A DNA stretch of 45,602 bases from Bacillota bacterium. Lineage in GTDB: Bacteria; Bacteroidota; Ignavibacteria; Ignavibacteriales; SURF-24. The position numbers were made by a program, and so were the translations under genes. Positions 39,122-45,602 of this stretch are shown here, piece after piece (position 1 is the first letter of the stretch; each line of letters starts with the position of its first letter). The notes under the pieces were generated by a model. That model ran no database searches and was not told the DNA's origin. It was given only the letters and a program-made list of their open reading frames with translations. The stretch covers positions 1 through 45,602 of the forward strand of contig JBLNEL010000119.1 of assembly GCA_050262615.1 (NCBI GenBank), read 5' to 3'.

Positions 39122-41845
39122 CTATACAGCTCCTTTCATTTTTATCCAGCTGCCTGTTGCAACCTCAGGCATCCCCGGCAACCCTTTCGGTATGCCTATT
39201 ATCCCGCGCGTAAGTCCAATATTCAGTTTTGCCGGCAGAGTATACCCCTTTCCAGATACTTCAATCTCAACGGACTTCTCTGAGGTAATGCCCATTGTCC
39301 CCGCATCTTCAACTGAGATCATTATATATGGCTTTGGCGTTAATTCTGCTATTCCCGGAGCATTTACACTCATCTCCTCTGAACCGAATATATGATAGAC
39401 CGGAACAGTAAACCATTCGCCGTCTCTCATCTTGAATGCTTCAGGTATACGGCTGAAGAACGTTGCACTCTTCGCTGCCTTAGGCTCAATTAAACGCTTT
39501 CCCGGATCTCCACCGTGCAGCGGCCCGCCTACTTCTATCTGATATTTATTTATCGACTGCTGCGAGTTCCAGCCCGGTGCCCAGAAAAATGGAATTATAG
39601 ACGATGGCGGCTGCCCCCGGTATCCTTCCATTGTAAATGATAACGGCGAATCTATATCCTCAGGCGGCTTGGGCTCATGTACACTCTTATCTGCATGCAT
39701 CGCTGTCCTGCCGCTGTAACGGAATGGCTCACGCGGTATCTTTTCTCCTGCAATTCTAAATCCGGGAGGCGGTGTAATTGAACCGATGCCTTCAAAAACC
39801 GGCATCGCCTTTGCCACTGCATTTGTAAAATCACTGAAATTTTTCCATTTGCTGAACTCATGAAGCCCGCTGTTTACCATGATATCCCTTAACCATCTCC
39901 AGCTTTCCTTTACACTTTCACCGGCATCATAAACCTGATAAAACCTCTGTGCACGCCCTTCATTGTTTACAAGCGTGCCGTCACTCTCAGCAAAACTTCC
40001 GGCTGAAAATACTATATCAGCCTTCAGCGTGGTATCGTTCTCCAGATAATCCAGACAAATTACATTCTTAAATCTGCTTAGAAATGCGTCTACTGCCTGC
40101 TTGTCAGCCCTGCGGTAAAGATCATTTTCAAGTATTATCAGCGTCTCTGCTGCCTTATTATTTACTGCATCAAAAGCACTCTGAAGCCCTTGTACCGGAC
40201 CCATCATTGCCATCCCCATACTGTTGTTCTCAGGAACAGTAAAACAGATTTCACAGCTTTTCCCGGAAAGATTTACTGCCCAGGCAAGATTTGCTGCAGC
40301 TTCAATTACTGCTTCGCTCTGCAGACTTGTGCCTGCAATTATAAGCGGCCGCTCTGCTTTCCTTAATGCCTCTGCAATTTTTCCTGAAATATCTTTCATC
40401 TGATCTGTGGGATTATTAACAGATGAAGATTTGTCTGAAAATAAATTTGCTGTCATAAAACCCAGCCGTGCAATCTCATCTGCTGGCCCGCGGAAGGTCT
40501 CTGCAATATCATCTAATTTCGTTGAATATGGTGCCGCAATAAAGACCGGACCTTTTTCATCCTGCGTCAACTCTCTTACTGCCTGATCCTGCCAGTGCGG
40601 AATACGGAATGGAGTTGCACTCTGCACTGGTGTCTGACGGACTGACTGCCTTAAGGCTAAGGCTATCATTGGAGCTGTGTTGGTAAGGTCTTCTCCTAAG
40701 ACAACTACAACATCACACTTCTCTATTTCCCTTAAAGATGGCGTCCTTACTGGACCGTTCATTAAGATATCAAGCTCTTTTTGTATGAGCTGAAGATTTT
40801 TATCCGTCTCACCCCAGTAAAAATTCCCCTTCTGAACCAGCGACATTAATGTGTAATTCGATTCAAGCGATGCCCTCGGAGAACCGATACCTACTATCCT
40901 TTTACTCTCAGAAAGAAGTTTCCTTACCTGCTTTAAGGCTTCTTCATTGCTGACTTCATCAAAAGCCCCTAGCTGCTTATTCCTTAAAAGCGGCTTCCTT
41001 ATCCTTTTACTGCTGTTTACAAATTCATACCCGAAACGCCCGCGGTCACACAGGAAATAACCATTGACTTCGCCATTATACCTGCTCTGTATCCGGCGCA
41101 CCAGCCCGTATCTTTCTGAGGCTATCGTGTTGCAGCCTACACTGCAGTGCACACATATAGAAGGAGCATAGGTCTGATCCCACTTGCGCGTATAATGATT
41201 CTGCAGTGTCTTGTCCGTAAATACTCCCGTGGGACAGATCTCAACCAGGTTTCCTGAAAATTCATTCTCAAGCACACCCTCCTCATACCGACCAAAGTAA
41301 ATCTGGTTGTGAGCTCCGAAAACATTAAAATCCTTTCCGCCTGCATAATCCCTGTAATACCTTACACAACGGTAGCATTGAATACACCGGTTCATTTCGT
41401 GATTTACAAAAGGCCCTAAGTACTGATTCCTGTATGTCCTTTTCTTAAACCTGTATCGCCTGTAATTATGCCCTGACATTAAGGTCATATCCTGAAGATG
41501 ACATTCCCCGCCTTCATCACAGACTGGACAGTCATGCGGATGATTTGTCATCAGCCACTCTATAACACCTGCTCTGAATTCCTTTGCCTCCGCATCTTCA
41601 ATCGATATTATCATACCATCCTGCACCGGCTCCATACACGACATTATCAGCCTGCCTTTTGTATCGCTTTCGTCCCTGTATCTTTTTACTGCACACTGAC
41701 GGCATGCTCCAACTGAGCCCATTGCCGGATGCCAGCAGAAATACGGCAGGTTTAATTTAAGCGACAGGCATACCTCAAGCAGGTTCCTTGATGCATCCAC
41801 TTCATATTCTTTACCGTCAATCTTTATCTTAGCAGTTTTTGCCAT
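39122..41845 (-). CDS. nuoG: NADH-quinone oxidoreductase subunit G (long form, with N7 cluster motif)
   Basis: 907 aa; FCWHP...[32 protein letters not shown]...[12 protein letters not shown]...LCDRGRF. Confidence 0.96.
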   Translation of the reverse strand: MAKTAKIKIDGKEYEVDASRNLLEVCLSLKLNLPYFCWHPAMGSVGACRQCAVKRYRDESDTKGRLIMSCMEPVQDGMIISIEDAEAKEFRAGVIEWLMTNHPHDCPVCDEGGECHLQDMTLMSGHNYRRYRFKKRTYRNQYLGPFVNHEMNRCIQCYRCVRYYRDYAGGKDFNVFGAHNQIYFGRYEEGVLENEFSGNLVEICPTGVFTDKTLQNHYTRKWDQTYAPSICVHCSVGCNTIASERYGLVRRIQSRYNGEVNGYFLCDRGRFGYEFVNSSKRIRKPLLRNKQLGAFDEVSNEEALKQVRKLLSESKRIVGIGSPRASLESNYTLMSLVQKGNFYWGETDKNLQLIQKELDILMNGPVRTPSLREIEKCDVVVVLGEDLTNTAPMIALALRQSVRQTPVQSATPFRIPHWQDQAVRELTQDEKGPVFIAAPYSTKLDDIAETFRGPADEIARLGFMTANLFSDKSSSVNNPTDQMKDISGKIAEALRKAERPLIIAGTSLQSEAVIEAAANLAWAVNLSGKSCEICFTVPENNSMGMAMMGPVQGLQSAFDAVNNKAAETLIILENDLYRRADKQAVDAFLSRFKNVICLDYLENDTTLKADIVFSAGSFAESDGTLVNNEGRAQRFYQVYDAGESVKESWRWLRDIMVNSGLHEFSKWKNFSDFTNAVAKAMPVFEGIGSITPPPGFRIAGEKIPREPFRYSGRTAMHADKSVHEPKPPEDIDSPLSFTMEGYRGQPPSSIIPFFWAPGWNSQQSINKYQIEVGGPLHGGDPGKRLIEPKAAKSATFFSRIPEAFKMRDGEWFTVPVYHIFGSEEMSVNAPGIAELTPKPYIMISVEDAGTMGITSEKSVEIEVSGKGYTLPAKLNIGLTRGIIGIPKGLPGMPEVATGSWIKMKGAV

Positions 41846-41847
41846 AC

Positions 41848-43128
41848 TTATGACCTCCAGGGACAGCGTTTTTCTTTAATGTGACGTTCAAAATCTTCTC
41901 TGTAATATTTTATTGCACTCTGCAAAGGCTCCATCGCTCCGGGAGCAAGCGCACAAAATGTGTTGCCTGGCCCTAAATATTTCGTGTGAAATGAAAGCAG
42001 GTCCATATCTTCCATTTCTCCGGTCCCGTCTTCAATCGACTGTAGTATCCTTGCTACCCAGGGCAAACCTTCACGGCATGGAGTGCACCAGCCGCATGAT
42101 TCCTGTGCAAAAAAGGCCTCAAGATTAAGCACAAATCCAACAGGACAGGTCTTATCATCCATTACTATAATTGTACCTGTTCCAAGACGGCTGCCTGCTT
42201 TGCCTACATTTGTAAAATCCATGTTTACATCCAGGTGCTCTTCAGTAAGAAAATCCGTCGAGGCTCCGCCGGGCAATAGCCCCCGGAACTTAACACCGTC
42301 TTTCATACCGCCTGCATGTACTTCCAGTATCTCTCTAAGCGGAGTTCCAAGCGGCAGCTCCCATACTCCCGGAGTCTTTACCTTCCCGCTTGCTCCATAC
42401 AGCTTCGTGCCCCCTTCGCCTGTAAGACTTAACTTCTTGAACCATTCACTTCCATTGTTTATTATGTGCGGAATATTTGAAAGCGTTTCAATGTTATTTA
42501 CAATTGTAGGCTTTCCGAAAAGTCCGCTCGACTGCGGAAACGGCGGCTTTGCCCTTGGATTTGCTCTTTTTCCCTCCAAAGCATTAAGCAGCCCTGTCTC
42601 TTCTCCGCACATATACCGCCCGATGCTTGTGTGAAGATACATCTCAAGATTGTAACCCGAACCAAGAATGTTTTGTCCAAGATATCCCGACTGATATGCT
42701 TCAGCCAGAGCCTTCTGTACTATCTTTGCCGCTAAAGTATATTCGCCCCTTATAAATATGTAGGCTATATCTGCTTCAATTGCATAGGCGCTTATTATCA
42801 TTCCTTCAATTAGCTGATGCGGTGCGCCCTCTAAGAGCAGACGGTCTTTGAACGTCCCTGGCTCCATCTCATCACCGTTTGCAACAAGATACTTCGGATG
42901 CGGAGCCTTGTCACCCATCGGCACAAAACTCCACTTCATTCCTGTTGGAAATCCTGCTCCGCCTCTGCCCCTTAAACCTGAATCCTTGACAGCATCCATA
43001 ACGTCTTTTGCCTGCATGCCGCCAAATATTTTTCTTAATGCCTGATATCCGCCGGCCTGCTCGTATTCTTTTATATCCATCGGCCCCTGACCTGGGCGAA
43101 TATATTTAGTTAAAGGTTTATCATCCAT
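41848..43128 (-). CDS. nuoF: NADH-quinone oxidoreductase subunit F
   Basis: GRGGAGFPTG, DEMEPGTFKD, YMCGEETGL, ESCGWCTPCREG, TFCAL. Confidence 0.96.
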   Translation of the reverse strand: MDDKPLTKYIRPGQGPMDIKEYEQAGGYQALRKIFGGMQAKDVMDAVKDSGLRGRGGAGFPTGMKWSFVPMGDKAPHPKYLVANGDEMEPGTFKDRLLLEGAPHQLIEGMIISAYAIEADIAYIFIRGEYTLAAKIVQKALAEAYQSGYLGQNILGSGYNLEMYLHTSIGRYMCGEETGLLNALEGKRANPRAKPPFPQSSGLFGKPTIVNNIETLSNIPHIINNGSEWFKKLSLTGEGGTKLYGASGKVKTPGVWELPLGTPLREILEVHAGGMKDGVKFRGLLPGGASTDFLTEEHLDVNMDFTNVGKAGSRLGTGTIIVMDDKTCPVGFVLNLEAFFAQESCGWCTPCREGLPWVARILQSIEDGTGEMEDMDLLSFHTKYLGPGNTFCALAPGAMEPLQSAIKYYREDFERHIKEKRCPWRS

Positions 43129-43147
43129 AATAACAATGTTCCATCCT

Positions 43148-43612
43148 TTACTGGTATGATTGAAGTATAGCGTTTATCTTTTCGGGAGTAAGATCCCTGT
43201 GCAGATCACCATCGATCATTAACGCCGGGGCATGATCGCATGTGCCTAAGCAGGGAACAGGCAGAAGCGTAAACCTGCCGTCTGAACTCGTCTCACCGTA
43301 TTTTACTCCCAGACTCTCGCTTAATTGTTTTAATATTCCCTCATAACCCATTACCCAGCAGCTTACACTGTTGCAGATATGAATTACATGCCTGCCGACA
43401 GGCTTTCTGTAGATCAGATTGTAAAATGTTGCAACTGCATCAAGCTCATCAGGAGCTATCTCAAGCATTTCGGCAATATCTTTTATGCTCTCATCGGAGA
43501 TCCATCCGCGGTGTTTCTGAACTACCTTAAGAGCTTCAATTGATGCCGCGCTTTTATATGGATAAAGCTTAAATTCCTCTTCAATTTCATGTCTTTCCTG
43601 ATCAGAGAGCAT
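43148..43612 (-). CDS. nuoE: NADH-quinone oxidoreductase subunit E
   Basis: VATFY, CNSVSC and CLGTC 2Fe-2S motifs; start either MLSDQ at 43612 (GGAGG upstream) or 43630. Confidence 0.94.
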   Translation of the reverse strand: MLSDQERHEIEEEFKLYPYKSAASIEALKVVQKHRGWISDESIKDIAEMLEIAPDELDAVATFYNLIYRKPVGRHVIHICNSVSCWVMGYEGILKQLSESLGVKYGETSSDGRFTLLPVPCLGTCDHAPALMIDGDLHRDLTPEKINAILQSYQ

Positions 43613-43715
43613 TGGATATCCATCCTCCATAATTTTTTCTGCTAAATATCTTTACTTCTTTAAGTTGACCTGACTTCATATGAACCTGCTCATATAACTT
43701 TATTTATATGGCCTT

Positions 43716-43755
43716 TTCATTTGATCTTATTCATTTGATATCTTATTCATTTGAT
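43716..43755. repeat. Short tandem repeat (TTCATTTGAT core x3, 14-16 bp period) between nuoCD and nuoE
   Basis: TTCATTTGATCTTA TTCATTTGATATCTTA TTCATTTGAT. Confidence 0.85.
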
Positions 43756-43776
43756 TTTGTCTAGTATTTAGAATTT

Positions 43777-45525
43777 TTATCTGTCTATATCTGCCAATAC
43801 AAAATCAAAGCTTCCTAAAATTGATAGCAGGTCCGCAACCGTATAACTTCTGCTTATATATGGAACCATCTGCATGTGAACAAATGAAGGTGTCCTGATG
43901 TGGTTCCTGTATGGCGTTGTACTTCCGTCACTTATCAGATAATAACTGTTCATGCCCTTCGGCGCTTCAATAGCAATATTCGATTCCCCCGGCGGTAAAA
44001 CAGGCCCCCAGCTTACATTAAGAAAATGATTTATCAGTGTCTCAATGTGCAGCATGGTCTTGTCCTTTAATGGCGGCGTGGTCAATGGATGATCTGATTT
44101 ATATGGACCTTCGGGCATATTCTTCAGACATTGCTCTATGATCCTTAAGCTTTGCCATAACTCCGCTGTGCGGACTAATGCACGGTCATAGCAGTCGCCG
44201 TTTAGCGCAGTTGGAATGTCGAATTCAAAATTTTCATATCCTGAGTATGGACGCACTTTCCTTATATCCCAGCTGCTTCCGGTAGCCCTTAGGTTTGGTC
44301 CTGAAATTCCCCAGTCTATTGCTTCATCTAAAGTAAAGGCACCTATACCTACTGTCCTTGCCTTGAAGATCCTGTTCTTCAATACCATTTTTTCATATTC
44401 TCTTATCTTTGGCGGGAAATAATCCAGAAAATCACGCACCATCTTATCCCAGCCGTTCGGCAGATCGGCTGCAACTCCGCCTATTCTGAACCACCCCGGG
44501 TGCAGACGGAATCCGCATACGGCTTCTATAAATTCCATTACCTTCTCTCGGTCGTTGAACATGTAGAAAACTGGAGAAAGCTGCCCGACATCCTGCGCAA
44601 ATGTACCGTACCAGACCAGGTGATTCGATATACGGAAAAATTCGCAAAGCATTACCCTGATCACCTTCGCACGCTCGGGTATCTCTATGCCTGCAATCTT
44701 TTCAACATTGGTTAGGTATGCAAGATTGTTTACCACTCCTGCCAGGTAATCAACCCTGTCTGTATATGGAATATAGGTGTGCCAGGTCTGTCTTTCTGCC
44801 GTCTTCTCAGCTGCACGGTGGTGGAAACCGATATCAGGTACAATATTTACTATTGTCTCTCCGTCTAATTGTAAAATAAGCCTTAATACGCCGTGAGTCC
44901 CGGGGTGCTGCGGACCAAGATTTAAAAACATAAAATCAGTCTCGCCGCTGCCTTTCTCCAGCCCCCAGTCCTCTGGGTGGAACTGCATTTCATCTATCTC
45001 CATGGTCTGCTTCTCATCAGGCATTTTGAACGGCCCCATCTCGGTTGCCCTTGCAGGATGCTCCTTCCTTAATGGATGCCCCTCCCACCATGGCGGCATT
45101 AATATGCGCCTTAGATCAGGATGCCCTTCTACTTTTACCCCGAACATGTCAAAGACTTCCCGCTCATACCAGTTTGCATTTGGCCATATTCCGGTAACAC
45201 TTGGAACCGATGGATAGTCACCTTTTAAGCCTACCTTAAGCCTTACATCTGCATTCCTTTCAAATGATAACAGCTGGTAGACTATTGTAAAATCACTCTC
45301 GGGCTGACCCTGCCTGTTGCCCCTTTCCCTTTCATCTATTGCTGAAAGATCATAGAGCATCTTATATGGCCCTGGAACATCATACTTCAGATAACGCAGA
45401 ACATCTTTTATTTTTTCTTTTGACACCCAGAATGTCGGTATATTGTCCTGCGTGTACTGCCGGATAAATGATTCCTGGCCGAATTTATTATTTAATTCAT
45501 CAACTACAGTCGTTTGATTATCCAT
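43777..45525 (-). CDS. nuoCD: NADH-quinone oxidoreductase fused subunit C/D
   Basis: NuoC part ([19 protein letters not shown]) fused to NuoD part ([31 protein letters not shown]). Confidence 0.96.
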   Translation of the reverse strand: MDNQTTVVDELNNKFGQESFIRQYTQDNIPTFWVSKEKIKDVLRYLKYDVPGPYKMLYDLSAIDERERGNRQGQPESDFTIVYQLLSFERNADVRLKVGLKGDYPSVPSVTGIWPNANWYEREVFDMFGVKVEGHPDLRRILMPPWWEGHPLRKEHPARATEMGPFKMPDEKQTMEIDEMQFHPEDWGLEKGSGETDFMFLNLGPQHPGTHGVLRLILQLDGETIVNIVPDIGFHHRAAEKTAERQTWHTYIPYTDRVDYLAGVVNNLAYLTNVEKIAGIEIPERAKVIRVMLCEFFRISNHLVWYGTFAQDVGQLSPVFYMFNDREKVMEFIEAVCGFRLHPGWFRIGGVAADLPNGWDKMVRDFLDYFPPKIREYEKMVLKNRIFKARTVGIGAFTLDEAIDWGISGPNLRATGSSWDIRKVRPYSGYENFEFDIPTALNGDCYDRALVRTAELWQSLRIIEQCLKNMPEGPYKSDHPLTTPPLKDKTMLHIETLINHFLNVSWGPVLPPGESNIAIEAPKGMNSYYLISDGSTTPYRNHIRTPSFVHMQMVPYISRSYTVADLLSILGSFDFVLADIDR

Positions 45526-45537
45526 TCTGCTTTCGAA

Positions 45538-45602
45538 TTAAATTTTTGAATATGTCTTTGTATCAGAACTCTTTATCTCAGGTTTGCGCTTCTTCAGATC
45601 TC
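45538..45602 (-). CDS. nuoB: Probable 3' end of NADH-quinone oxidoreductase subunit B (partial)
   Basis: Open frame ...DLKKRKPEIKSSDTKTYSKI* stopping 12 bp before the nuoCD start; identity rests only on conserved operon order. Confidence 0.5.
   Translation of the reverse strand, partial: DLKKRKPEIKSSDTKTYSKI

Noticed and set aside
602-45217. Numerous 60-180 aa ORFs antisense to or overlapping real genes (e.g. 5135-5524, 15504-15875, 29199-29510, 42083-42634)
   Set aside because: Shadow frames of well-supported genes, with no motifs or RBS.

Overview
Gene-dense, AT-rich bacterial DNA, most likely Ignavibacteria or a close FCB relative. This is inferred from three proteins with the QNYPNPFNP...KKMxLxK T9SS C-terminal domain, a TonB receptor/DUF4249 pair, PEGA-propeller and TPR-kinase genes, an MCP and ordinary GGAG Shine-Dalgarno sites. 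From left to right: a DUF3857/transglutaminase gene pair (the left gene runs off the window and is missing from the ORF track), an M28 peptidase, an MFS transporter, a TPR histidine kinase, a GT4 glycosyltransferase and two T9SS cargo proteins. Next come an rpiB-tal-gnd-zwf-pgl operon, a baeRF/Balon-like gene, an outer-membrane barrel, a hypothetical gene and a Gfo/Idh/MocA oxidoreductase. A minus-strand block holds a CE4 deacetylase, a PEGA/propeller lipoprotein, DUF4249, a TBDR and an MCP, followed by an E. coli-type complex I operon (nuoCD to nuoN plus a probable nuoB tail). I found no rRNA, tRNA, CRISPR array or transposase. Best leads: (1) both oxidative-PPP dehydrogenases carry NAD-type rather than NADP-type cofactor loops; (2) a GGQ-less, Balon-like release-factor homologue follows that operon; (3) an (AG)9 tract inside a short upstream ORF could switch the glycosyltransferase between three translational states; (4) short degenerate tandem repeats recur at gene junctions; (5) an active/pseudo-enzyme transglutaminase pair. 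All calls come from reading motifs by eye; no database searches were run.
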